The notes under the pieces are model-generated. The model saw only the letters and a program-made list of their open reading frames with translations, did not search any database and was not told where the DNA came from. The translations under genes were made by a program, and so were the position numbers. Positions 46,235 through 55,273 of a stretch of DNA of 64,000 bases are shown piece after piece (positions within the stretch are counted from its first letter, which is position 1; the number at the start of each line of letters is the position of its first letter). The DNA lies in IMG/VR virus record IMGVR_UViG_3300046516_001816, positions 186,001 through 250,000 of that record; one strand, given 5' to 3'.

Positions 46235-46828
46235 ATGCAAACGTATACAAACGAAGCGTTGCTAGCCCGTATTCAAGTGATCGACGGATTCTTTAGTGAG
46301 GCCGCGCTACGAGACCTGGAGTTCTTCTGGCGAGCGCCGATCTGGAAGTACGACTGGAAGACCAGTGGCACCGAGTATAACTTCTGGGGTACCCGACTGA
46401 TGGGACTGGGGCAAGCCGAAACCCTCACCAACTGCGAGCACCAGTTTCAGGACAGTGCGATGAATGCGTTTCTGGGACGTGTCTGGTATGCGATTCGGGA
46501 CCACTATCTGCCCGATCATGAACTCATTCGTTGTGCAGGAGCAGCGTACAACCAGGGGGCGGATGGCTTTATCCACACGGACAATGCAGCGGAAGGTTAC
46601 ACGAGCATTCTGGTGTACACGCATCCGTACTGGGAAGCGCATTGGGGTGGCGAGATTGGCTATTACACTCTGGATCAGAGTGAGCTACTCACCATGATTG
46701 CCCCCAAGCCTGGACGCTTACTCATTGCCCCGGGGTTTATTCCGCATCGTCCGTTTGCCCCCGGTCGTAATGTCGATAGTTTGCGCGCCGCACTGAATTT
46801 TAGATCAAGACCAAAGGTAAACAAATGA
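46235..46828 (+). CDS. 2OG-Fe(II) oxygenase (prolyl-4-hydroxylase-like) 1
   Basis: HTD...H(R)P...R..LNFR; WEAHWGGE. Confidence 0.85.
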   Translation: MQTYTNEALLARIQVIDGFFSEAALRDLEFFWRAPIWKYDWKTSGTEYNFWGTRLMGLGQAETLTNCEHQFQDSAMNAFLGRVWYAIRDHYLPDHELIRCAGAAYNQGADGFIHTDNAAEGYTSILVYTHPYWEAHWGGEIGYYTLDQSELLTMIAPKPGRLLIAPGFIPHRPFAPGRNVDSLRAALNFRSRPKVNK

Positions 46829-47448
46829 AACAATTGGGGAATCTGGAAGACGAGATCTGGGTGCTCGATGATCTGATTCCTAAGGATGTCCAGGCACGCT
46901 TATCCGCTACGGTCCAAAGTCCCGTCTGGGGGTATGATTGGCGCACGTCTTTGTCGGATCGCTATCCGGTCTGGGGTCGCAGTGTGGCTTCCCCGATGCG
47001 CGGGGACTTGAATGTCCAGGAGCAGTTACTCCAAGACACCCAGCAGCTCGACTCCGCTGAGATCTGGAAACTGTTCACGAAGAGCTTTCTGCGCGGACAC
47101 AGTCTGCTGCGCGCCTTTGTGATTGGCTTTCACCATGGCTGCGAAGGCTACGCCCACGGGGACAACGTCGATCCGGAAACGGGCACCGAGATGGGTAACG
47201 GGCTGAACCTCACCAACTATCGCTCTACCATTGTGTTTGCCTTCAATGAGTGGGACGCCGCGTGGGGCGGGGAAATGGTGCTCTATAACCGGGAGATGAC
47301 GGACATTGTCATGGCCGTTGAGCCCAAACCCTTTCGAGTGCTGAGCTTTCCGGGGTTCCTGCCGCATAAACCGAATGGTCCGACCCGTGTCTCGGATCAG
47401 TTCCTGCCGCTTTTGTCGTATCGCTCCAAACAAATCCTTCGCAAGTGA
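46825..47448 (+). CDS. 2OG-Fe(II) oxygenase 2
   Basis: HGD...WDAAWGGE...PHKP. Confidence 0.85.
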   Translation: MKQLGNLEDEIWVLDDLIPKDVQARLSATVQSPVWGYDWRTSLSDRYPVWGRSVASPMRGDLNVQEQLLQDTQQLDSAEIWKLFTKSFLRGHSLLRAFVIGFHHGCEGYAHGDNVDPETGTEMGNGLNLTNYRSTIVFAFNEWDAAWGGEMVLYNREMTDIVMAVEPKPFRVLSFPGFLPHKPNGPTRVSDQFLPLLSYRSKQILRK

Positions 47449-47455
47449 GACCACT

Positions 47456-48076
47456 GTGAGTATTATTCAAACGTCCCGTAAAGAGTTGGCCGACCGCGTA
47501 CAAGTCCACGATGGACTGATTCCTGTCGGCCTGCAAGAACACCTCACCGCCCTGGTGACCAAGCCCATTTGGGCGCATGGCTGGAAGTCCAATGCCGAGA
47601 ACGACAAGTATTCGTTCTGGCACGCCCACTTCGCCGGCGGCGATCTGCACAACCGTGTCAGCTGCGAAACCGAGCTTGACGAGAAGGGACCGGTGGCGGT
47701 GGCTCGCCTCTGGGATCTGCTGAGGAAGACGATTCTGCAAGGTCATGAGCCGTTGCGTGCGTACGGCAACGCCCACACGTTTGGCTGTGAGGGCTACATC
47801 CATGTCGACAATCGAGACAGCGACAACTATTTCTCGACCATCATCTATACCAACAAGAACTGGAAAGCCTGGTGGGGTGGTGAAACGCTCTTCTACGGAC
47901 TGGACCAGAAGGACATTATCAAGGCCTGTGCCGCGCTGCCGTTTCGGATCGTGACCTTCCCGGGACATATCCCGCACAAGGCCAACGCGCCGGCGCGCGA
48001 CGTGCCCGACCTGCGCACATGCATCGTGTTCAAGTCGCACCTGAAACAGGCCCCGGCACAACCGACGGAGGTGTAA
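47456..48076 (+). CDS. 2OG-Fe(II) oxygenase 3
   Basis: HVD...WKAWWGGET...PHKA...RTCIVFK; GTG start inferred. Confidence 0.85.
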   Translation: MSIIQTSRKELADRVQVHDGLIPVGLQEHLTALVTKPIWAHGWKSNAENDKYSFWHAHFAGGDLHNRVSCETELDEKGPVAVARLWDLLRKTILQGHEPLRAYGNAHTFGCEGYIHVDNRDSDNYFSTIIYTNKNWKAWWGGETLFYGLDQKDIIKACAALPFRIVTFPGHIPHKANAPARDVPDLRTCIVFKSHLKQAPAQPTEV

Positions 48077-48077
48077 C

Positions 48078-48593
48078 GTGCTTGTGGACCGTGAAAAAAT
48101 CATGGCCTTTTTAGAGGCTCACCATGCCTCTACGGCCGGTCACAGTGGTAGGACCTTCCTGCGCCATTTGGAGGGCACTGAGCGCATTCTAAGGGACTGG
48201 GGATGCCCTCAACACTTGCAGCTGGCTGGATTGTTCCATTCGATCTATGGGACGAACATTTTCACGGTTCAAAGCGCGTCGTTTGGTGAGCGCGAAGTGA
48301 TCTCGTCCTTGATTGGACCGATCGGCGAATGGTTGGCGTATCTGTTTTGTGTGACGGCGCGACCCGATGCCTTCTTCATTGCCAAGACCTCCAAGAGCAT
48401 GCGGCATCGCTACACGCAGATGCCCATTGCGGTGCGTGACGATGATTTGCGTGATCTGTTTCTGCTCGAAGCGGCGAACCATATCGAACAGAACATGAAC
48501 CCTCCGCTCGTGAAACGCATCCACGACCTCTACCAAGACGATCCTACTGTTACCGACGCCGCCAAGTACGGGATGTGGGAATTCTTTAGCTAA
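48078..48593 (+). CDS. DUF6817-like (HD-like) protein
   Basis: HSGRTFLRHLEGT...L..WG...AGLFHSIYGT. Confidence 0.75.
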   Translation: MLVDREKIMAFLEAHHASTAGHSGRTFLRHLEGTERILRDWGCPQHLQLAGLFHSIYGTNIFTVQSASFGEREVISSLIGPIGEWLAYLFCVTARPDAFFIAKTSKSMRHRYTQMPIAVRDDDLRDLFLLEAANHIEQNMNPPLVKRIHDLYQDDPTVTDAAKYGMWEFFS

Positions 48594-48598
48594 GAACA

Positions 48599-49099
48599 AT
48601 GAAAACCATTCTCTACCATGGTTCTGGGTTTGACCAGGACGAACTGATGCCAGGCTTTTTACGCTCCGGCAAGCTGGTGCAGTGGGATCAAACGGAGTCG
48701 AACGAATGGCTCTACACGACGACCGACAAGCAAGAAGCGATCAGTCAGGCGTTCGCGTCGATGATCGAGAAAACCTACGAGAGCATGGGGTATGCCACCC
48801 ACGGCAATCGGATCGAGATTCAGTTCCCGAAGGAAGTGGCGCCCAGTGTGGAGGAGTTGAAAAAGCTCCAGCTGTTCCTGTACACGATCCGTCTGGAGGA
48901 CGAGGACGGGTGGGTCAAGAACAACAACGAACACAACCAGATCAAGACCGAGTGGAAAACGCAGTCGATTATCGATCGCAACATCATCCACAAGGAACAG
49001 ATCGATCTGGCTGGGTGGCTCGCAAACAAGCAATTGGATTTACGAGTGGGCGGTAAGGCGAATAATCCGAACGCCGCACCCGGTTGGTTACTCTGGTAA
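48599..49099 (+). CDS. Hypothetical protein with an ADP-ribosyltransferase-like N-terminal YHG motif
   Basis: LYHGS....L.PG...WLYTT.D...A pattern resembles H-Y class (Arr-like) ART folds. Confidence 0.45.
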   Translation: MKTILYHGSGFDQDELMPGFLRSGKLVQWDQTESNEWLYTTTDKQEAISQAFASMIEKTYESMGYATHGNRIEIQFPKEVAPSVEELKKLQLFLYTIRLEDEDGWVKNNNEHNQIKTEWKTQSIIDRNIIHKEQIDLAGWLANKQLDLRVGGKANNPNAAPGWLLW

Positions 49100-49276
49100 T
49101 AGAGGTCAGGCTTCGGCCTGGCTTTTATGCCGACTGAAAGAAATCTCAGAAATATATAATGTCCTTGGTATCCCTGGATAAAAATATACCCCAGGACCAT
49201 CTATGAGAAGAGGGGGTTTCCCCTACCTATGCCGTCTCTTCATTCAATCAAGCAACGAAACCAAGGAGTCGTACAA

Positions 49277-51121
49277 ATGAAGCAAGAACAATTTGTGGTT
49301 GCAAAGCAGGAATTCGAAATGGGTCTGGTCGGTCAGTTCTGCTGGGCTGAGTTCCGCGACAATATGAAGGCGGTCGCTGTCGACGAAGACCAGATGGAAA
49401 AGTGGTTCGACTGGCTCGCGAACCTGATGGCCAATGACATGACGGGCGCGGATGACGACGGTTTCCGGCCGCAGGAATTCGAGTACAAGCTCGACGTCGA
49501 AATCATGTATCGCGATGAAGCGAAAGAAAATTCGGACGAAGTCGATGTCTCGAAAGCGGGACTGGTGCTGCGTCTGGTGCCGATGAGCGAGCGCGTGCAG
49601 GCAGTGATCCAAGAAGGCATGAGCATGACCGCGTTTCGTTGGCCGGTGATCAACAATGAGGGCGTGTTGATGATCGAAGCGTTCAGCTACGACATGCTCA
49701 GGTATGCGCGGCCGGTCGTCTCGAAACTGGTGCAGGGAGTGCAGGCGCCGGCGACCATGGCCGAAGACACGCTGGTGCAAGAGCGCGATCCGGATTGGGG
49801 TGAAGAGCCGGCAAGCCAGAAGAAACTGACGACGCGTCCGGTGTTTGGCTGGCTGAAGGAAGCCCTCACCAAGGGCGTGGTCTCGTACGAGGATTTGAAG
49901 GAGCTCCTCAAGCAGCCGCTGTTCTTCAGTCTGGCTCACAAGGAAGACACGTATGTTTCGTTCTTCCGCAAGCTGGACAAGTATCTCGAAGGTGAATTCC
50001 CGGTGCTGAACAAGGAGCGCCCGCTCTTTGGTCTGCGTTTTTCCAACACTCAGGAGACCATGTATGGTCTGCTCACCATCACGTACCACTCGCAGCGTCA
50101 CGACGCCGACGTCAAACGCAATACGCTGAACGTACTCTGCCCGCTATCCTGGGGCAATGACGCCGATTGGCCGGTGATCATCGATCCGGAAGTGTCGTTC
50201 CAGCCGATGCACTACACAGGCACGTTGGCCGAACACGCGGCCACCGAAGTGCGCTTCAGTCTGCAACGCGCAGCGAGCCGCATCAACCTGGAAGCACCGG
50301 TAGTGGATCAGCTGCAAAGCTTCCTGAACGACGGTACGTTGGCGCAGATTATCGATCGCCGTCTGGTGGAAGCCAATATCCACCATGAAGTGAAAAGCGT
50401 CTTCGTGCAGCCGAAGGGAAGTTTTACCTACGTGCAAACCGAAGAGCCGCTGCAATTCCATGCTCAGGCGTTCTTCTTCCCCGCTCATGAGCCCTCGTGG
50501 GAGCCGAACGAAGCGATCGCACTCCTGGATCTGGTGATGGACTACACGGAGCCGTTTTTCGTGTGGCGCCATGACGCGGGGCAGGTGGAATTGTTGGAGC
50601 GCAAGCCGAGCAGCGACAAACATGCGGGTGTGTCGCAGACGCTGAAGTTCTCGGTGGGCGACGGAGCGAAGTTCCAGACCATGGCGGATCCTGCCCAGCA
50701 GGCTGAGAGCACGATGGATCTGAACGCACTGCGCGCCCAAGCGGCCAAGCATGCGATGGAAAGCAGTGCCAATGCTCGCCCCATCGTCGGTCAGGCCGCG
50801 ATGCCGATGGAAGCCGTGCATCAGGGTTTTGACATCGCCCTGGAAATGACCTTCCTGGATTCGCGTGTGCCCTATCCGGTGCTCAATGCCTTTATGGGTT
50901 TGTTCCCGGATCTGTTTGTAAAGTATGCGCGACTGCTGGAAGAGCTTAGCTATCGTGGCGTGCAGATCAATCAGGAACCGGTGATGCTGGAACTGAGGGG
51001 GCAAGTCAGTGACATCCTGGGCGATCAGAAGACGGAGGTGGTGTTGCGGCTGGTCTGCGTCGATGTGTCCGATGATAGTATCGGCTCGTCGGTGGATGTG
51101 AAGTACTGTTTCAAGCGTTAA
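49277..51121 (+). CDS. Large acidic hypothetical protein
   Basis: AAACCAAGGAG leader; upstream AAATATATAAT promoter-like site at ~49150. Confidence 0.75.
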   Translation: MKQEQFVVAKQEFEMGLVGQFCWAEFRDNMKAVAVDEDQMEKWFDWLANLMANDMTGADDDGFRPQEFEYKLDVEIMYRDEAKENSDEVDVSKAGLVLRLVPMSERVQAVIQEGMSMTAFRWPVINNEGVLMIEAFSYDMLRYARPVVSKLVQGVQAPATMAEDTLVQERDPDWGEEPASQKKLTTRPVFGWLKEALTKGVVSYEDLKELLKQPLFFSLAHKEDTYVSFFRKLDKYLEGEFPVLNKERPLFGLRFSNTQETMYGLLTITYHSQRHDADVKRNTLNVLCPLSWGNDADWPVIIDPEVSFQPMHYTGTLAEHAATEVRFSLQRAASRINLEAPVVDQLQSFLNDGTLAQIIDRRLVEANIHHEVKSVFVQPKGSFTYVQTEEPLQFHAQAFFFPAHEPSWEPNEAIALLDLVMDYTEPFFVWRHDAGQVELLERKPSSDKHAGVSQTLKFSVGDGAKFQTMADPAQQAESTMDLNALRAQAAKHAMESSANARPIVGQAAMPMEAVHQGFDIALEMTFLDSRVPYPVLNAFMGLFPDLFVKYARLLEELSYRGVQINQEPVMLELRGQVSDILGDQKTEVVLRLVCVDVSDDSIGSSVDVKYCFKR

Positions 51122-51240
51122 CGCGCGCTGGGCCCCGGGCTTCGGCTCGGGGCTGTATGCCGTTGGGTAGTTTTGTCCACCCCCGAGATCGTATGAAAAG
51201 GGGGTAAATATTATCTTACAACAAACCAAAGGAAACGAAC

Positions 51241-51816
51241 ATGTCCCACTCTCTCGAAAGTCAACACCTGGTGGAAGTCGATAAGCTTCTGAAGCTGTCG
51301 ATGAGCGGAAGCTGGTTCTTTAAGAATCAGATGCAGGACTATGCAGACGAAAGCGAAATCGCTGAAATCGCCAAGCGCCTGGATACGCTCTACGACCAGG
51401 GCGTGAAACACAACGCGGGTCGCAGCTTTAACCCGAAGTACCAGTTCCATCGGGTCGCCGATATGGACACGCAGACCCCCAAGGTCTACTTGCAATTGCT
51501 GCTGCCGGGCAACCATTTCAACGCTGCCAAGTTGGTCGGCGAGATTTGCCTGCATCTGAGTCTCGAAGACCACGGATGCATCCGACTCTCGCTGCCGCTG
51601 GAAACGGCTGCGCAGAAGTTGGCACGGGAGCATCACTGGAAGGTGTCAGAGGCTGAGTTGGAGGCACTCACCACGCTCATCGAAGCAGCAAAAGCGCTCC
51701 AGGACCTGGGCAGTAAGAATCTGCCCGTGACGCTGGATGTCGGTCGCGACGGTGTGAAGATCAGCACCGGCTATTATAATCCGGTTGACCAAGTGCGGGC
51801 TGCACTCGCTCGCTAG
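51241..51816 (+). CDS. Hypothetical protein
   Basis: AAACCAAAGGA leader. Confidence 0.7.
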   Translation: MSHSLESQHLVEVDKLLKLSMSGSWFFKNQMQDYADESEIAEIAKRLDTLYDQGVKHNAGRSFNPKYQFHRVADMDTQTPKVYLQLLLPGNHFNAAKLVGEICLHLSLEDHGCIRLSLPLETAAQKLAREHHWKVSEAELEALTTLIEAAKALQDLGSKNLPVTLDVGRDGVKISTGYYNPVDQVRAALAR

Positions 51817-51841
51817 GTTGACCACTTTCAACCATTCGGCC

Positions 51842-52231
51842 ATGATTACCAGAAAGGCGCAGTACTTCATGACCCTGGAGCAGTTCGAGCAATCGATCAT
51901 CCAGGGTCTGGTGAAAAACAACACGGACTACCAGACGATCGTTACTGCTTTGAATAGCCTGATCGCCCAAGTCCAAGCCGCCCTTCCGGCCGTCACGTTG
52001 CACTTTGCTGCCATCGCGTATAACGATGGGACGGGTCAACTGGTGATGCAGTTGGAAGTCGGACATGCACTGTCCTCCCGCGTGATGCACTGGGATGCCG
52101 CGATCCTGATGAATGCCTATCTGGAGTCCGGTACGATTTACGCGAGCTTACCACTCACGACGAAGTTGTATACGCCGAATGCCTCGCCCATCAGCAGTGA
52201 CGTGACGGGCTTGGCTCCGCAGTCCAATTAA
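51842..52231 (+). CDS. Hypothetical protein
   Basis: ORF followed by a hairpin and TTTATGCCG. Confidence 0.6.
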   Translation: MITRKAQYFMTLEQFEQSIIQGLVKNNTDYQTIVTALNSLIAQVQAALPAVTLHFAAIAYNDGTGQLVMQLEVGHALSSRVMHWDAAILMNAYLESGTIYASLPLTTKLYTPNASPISSDVTGLAPQSN

Positions 52232-52299
52232 GCTTTACCCAGGGGCTGCGGCTCCTGGGCTTTATGCCGTCTAATTAATCTAAACCAAGGAGTAGAATC

Positions 52300-52536
52300 A
52301 TGGAAGACTATTTCGTGTTGTGCATTGGCGCCGGCTTTGTGTTGGGCTTGTTGGCCATCTGGTTGAAAGCATTCTGGTGGGATCCCCGCCAGCGTAACAA
52401 GAAGATTCAGCAGCGCTTGTGTGAAGCCGTCCGGAATATCCCGGGCAAGATGCATCCCGATTGCTACCACCACGGCTGCCGTGGTCAGGGGCATTGCTTT
52501 CGCTGTGTGACGATGGCGAAACTGGATGCGCAGTAA
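52300..52536 (+). CDS. Small TM protein with a C-terminal Cys/His cluster
   Basis: TAAACCAAGGAG leader; CYHHGC....CFRC. Confidence 0.7.
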   Translation: MEDYFVLCIGAGFVLGLLAIWLKAFWWDPRQRNKKIQQRLCEAVRNIPGKMHPDCYHHGCRGQGHCFRCVTMAKLDAQ

Positions 52537-52625
52537 CGATCTCAGTGCGGGAGACCAGAGCCCCAGAGAGGGCCGTAGTAACCTTAGTGCCTGAGAGGCA
52601 GTAAGCAAGTGCAAGACGGCATAAA

Positions 52626-52647
52626 GCCCTCCCCGCAAGGGGAGGGC
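52626..52647. terminator. Terminator hairpin between convergent transcription units
   Basis: GCCCTCCCC-GCAA-GGGGAGGGC. Confidence 0.8.
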
Positions 52648-52683
52648 CTATGCTTAGCCTTCTTTTTTTGGTTTCAAACCCAA

Positions 52684-55221
52684 TTACTTCTTGAAGGCAC
52701 GTGCAAAACGGGAACCAAAGGACTGCGGATCGATGCTTTCCGTTGCCGGCGCTTCTTCTGCATCCACTTGCTCCTGGTACTCCGCCAGCGCTTGCTGCAT
52801 TTGCGCCACCAGGTTCTTCACCGCTTCCTTGGCCACGCCGTGCTTCTCAGGACTGTCCGCATCCTTCAGCAACTTCTGCTGTTGGTCGTGCGCGTCATTG
52901 AGTCGCTTCATGCGCTTGGCGTGCTTGGTGTGGATGTCCTCACCTTCGCTTTCACCTTCCGCTTCGCCTTCCGCCTTTTCCGCAGCGGGCGTCACGTCAT
53001 CCGAAGCATTGGTGGCCGGCGCTGCGTCGGCCGGGGGCGCTTCGTCGTGGTTTTCCATCGACACCACTTTTTCCTTGCCCGTGAAGTTGTAGAGCGTCCG
53101 AGCCGCTTCGTCACTGTGCGACGAATGACGATGGGTGATCTTCAGGCTGTCGCCCGATTCTTCCGCCGTCGCGTACTCGTTCTTCTCTTCATCTTCCTTG
53201 ACCAGGTATTGCAGCTTCGGGCCGTTCATGCGCACATCCACGATCCGACCGACACCAGCGACGTGCTGGCCCTTATGGAACTTGGCCTCGTCGAGGTTTT
53301 CCAGTGCCGGATGCGAGAGGTTGAACTTCTGACGAATGTTGAACTCTTCGTGCGCCTGTTCTTGCTTGAGCGCCTTGAACTTCGCTTCGTCATGCGCTGC
53401 GGCTTTCAGCTTGGCTTCGTACTTCACGTGCAGGGCGTCGAGCGCTTCGTCCATCTTGCGGATGTTTTCTTGCGCGTCTTCGTCCCGACCTTCGGTAGCG
53501 ACTTCATGCTTGTCTGCCATCGTGAGCGGCCAGAGGTCATGGCCACGCAGTTCTCGGCTCAGACGGCTCAGATGCGCCTTGACGACTTCCAGGCGGGCGC
53601 CCGTTGCGTGGGCTTCTTCAGCCTTCAGCTTGTCGTACTGGTGCTTCGTCTGCTCGTACTTGGCCTTCATCGCCGGCGACGGCTCTTCGTAATCTTCCGT
53701 GGAGACTTGCTTGCGATCAGCGTTGTACATCGCACGCAGGGCCAGGTAGTTACAGTACTTCGCGGCACGCAACGAACGCGCCGCTTCACCATGCACCGGC
53801 TTCTGGATCGCACGACGCAGCGCATTGGCAAACGCCATGATCTGCTCAAACACGTGGCAGGCTTCCTGGAATTCGTTCCAGCCCTTGTTCGCGCCATCCC
53901 GGTCGGTCTTCTCGAGCTTGATCAGCTCTTCAACCACGTCGTCCGAGCTGTTGTTCGCGCGTTCGATTGCTGCATCGAGCTCGTCCATCACGCGCACGAT
54001 TTCACGCTCGTAACCCACGCAGGCGCGCACGTTGTCGAGGTAAGCTTCGGCGATGTCAAGCACCGTCTCGATTTCCTTGACCTTGAACGTAAACGCCATT
54101 TCCTTGGTGGACGTGAGCGCTGCCGTCGGCAAGGCTGTCGACAGCTTGTGCACGCCGTACATCATCGTGCCGATGCCGGGTGCGGCCACGTTCAGGGCGG
54201 TGGCGCCCGCTGCTGAAGACACTGCGCCAGAAGCCCGCAGGAACTTCATGTTGTTCGAGCCTTTGTAGCCGACGTGCTTGGCACCGGCCATCTCGGCCAT
54301 ACGCGGCATTGCCTTGTAGGTCGTGGCCGGCGGCAGCTTGCGCGTGCGCGGTGCTTGGGCGTGCAGCTGCGCTGCCCCCAGGAGTTCCTGGCTGTGGTAC
54401 TTCGAATCGAAGAGTTCGACCGGGGTCTTGAGCTTTTCGACTTGGCTAGCCATCTTGATGATGTCGCCCGAGCGCTTGAAGTTCGCGCTGCGCAGGATCG
54501 ACGCCAGCGACTTCATTTCCTGCATCACGGCCTTCGGGTACTGCGTGAGGATGTACTTCGAGACCTTCACGTCTTCCTTCAGGGCCTCGAGCAGCTTGCC
54601 GGAACCGAGCAGCTTGCCCACCGTCGGGTCTTGCGTGCCCTTGGCGAAGAAGTAGAGCAGGCCGTTGGCGCCCACCGAGACGTCCGCACCGAGATCCACT
54701 TCCTTCTTGACGTCGACCCAGTGACGGGAATTCTCGAGCGTCTTCTTCTCGTACTTCGCGGTGATCTCCGACGTGGTGCGCAGGAACTCGCCGATCAGGT
54801 CCTTGTGGTGCTTGAAGCCCAACACGAACTCTTGCACGACGTTGTTCAGGAAGTTCTTGAAGCTTTCCAGCGCAATCGTGGACTGCGCTTCGATCGAGAT
54901 CGTTTCGACGTCTTCGAGGGCCGGCATCGTGAGTTCACGACCCATGCGGCGCGCTTGTTGCTGGACCGCGTGACGGATCAGACCGAGGGCGACGGCATTG
55001 CATTCGCCGCAGTTGATCATCGAGGCGAGCTGGTCCGAGTGGTCTCGGATCGCTTCGAGCGCTTGCGACTGCACTTCGCTGTCTTCGAACTGGGCATCGC
55101 AGGCTTCTGCATACGAACCGAGCGCCGAATCCCCGCCTTCAGGCAGGTCGTCGTCCAGATTCTCCAACGTCAGACCCTTGCTGCCGTGGGCCGCCTTGTG
55201 GGCGAGGAGTGTGAAGTCCAT
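52684..55221 (-). CDS. Virion inner-head protein (phiKZ internal head protein type)
   Basis: Acidic N-terminal propeptide with multiple (A/S/T)-x-E sites (LTLEN, PALED, IALES), the pattern cleaved by the phiKZ prohead protease. Confidence 0.65.
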   Translation of the reverse strand: MDFTLLAHKAAHGSKGLTLENLDDDLPEGGDSALGSYAEACDAQFEDSEVQSQALEAIRDHSDQLASMINCGECNAVALGLIRHAVQQQARRMGRELTMPALEDVETISIEAQSTIALESFKNFLNNVVQEFVLGFKHHKDLIGEFLRTTSEITAKYEKKTLENSRHWVDVKKEVDLGADVSVGANGLLYFFAKGTQDPTVGKLLGSGKLLEALKEDVKVSKYILTQYPKAVMQEMKSLASILRSANFKRSGDIIKMASQVEKLKTPVELFDSKYHSQELLGAAQLHAQAPRTRKLPPATTYKAMPRMAEMAGAKHVGYKGSNNMKFLRASGAVSSAAGATALNVAAPGIGTMMYGVHKLSTALPTAALTSTKEMAFTFKVKEIETVLDIAEAYLDNVRACVGYEREIVRVMDELDAAIERANNSSDDVVEELIKLEKTDRDGANKGWNEFQEACHVFEQIMAFANALRRAIQKPVHGEAARSLRAAKYCNYLALRAMYNADRKQVSTEDYEEPSPAMKAKYEQTKHQYDKLKAEEAHATGARLEVVKAHLSRLSRELRGHDLWPLTMADKHEVATEGRDEDAQENIRKMDEALDALHVKYEAKLKAAAHDEAKFKALKQEQAHEEFNIRQKFNLSHPALENLDEAKFHKGQHVAGVGRIVDVRMNGPKLQYLVKEDEEKNEYATAEESGDSLKITHRHSSHSDEAARTLYNFTGKEKVVSMENHDEAPPADAAPATNASDDVTPAAEKAEGEAEGESEGEDIHTKHAKRMKRLNDAHDQQQKLLKDADSPEKHGVAKEAVKNLVAQMQQALAEYQEQVDAEEAPATESIDPQSFGSRFARAFKK

Positions 55222-55273
55222 TATAAGCTCTTGTCGGAATTGTTAATAGGGTGACAACTGCATGTCAAAAGAT

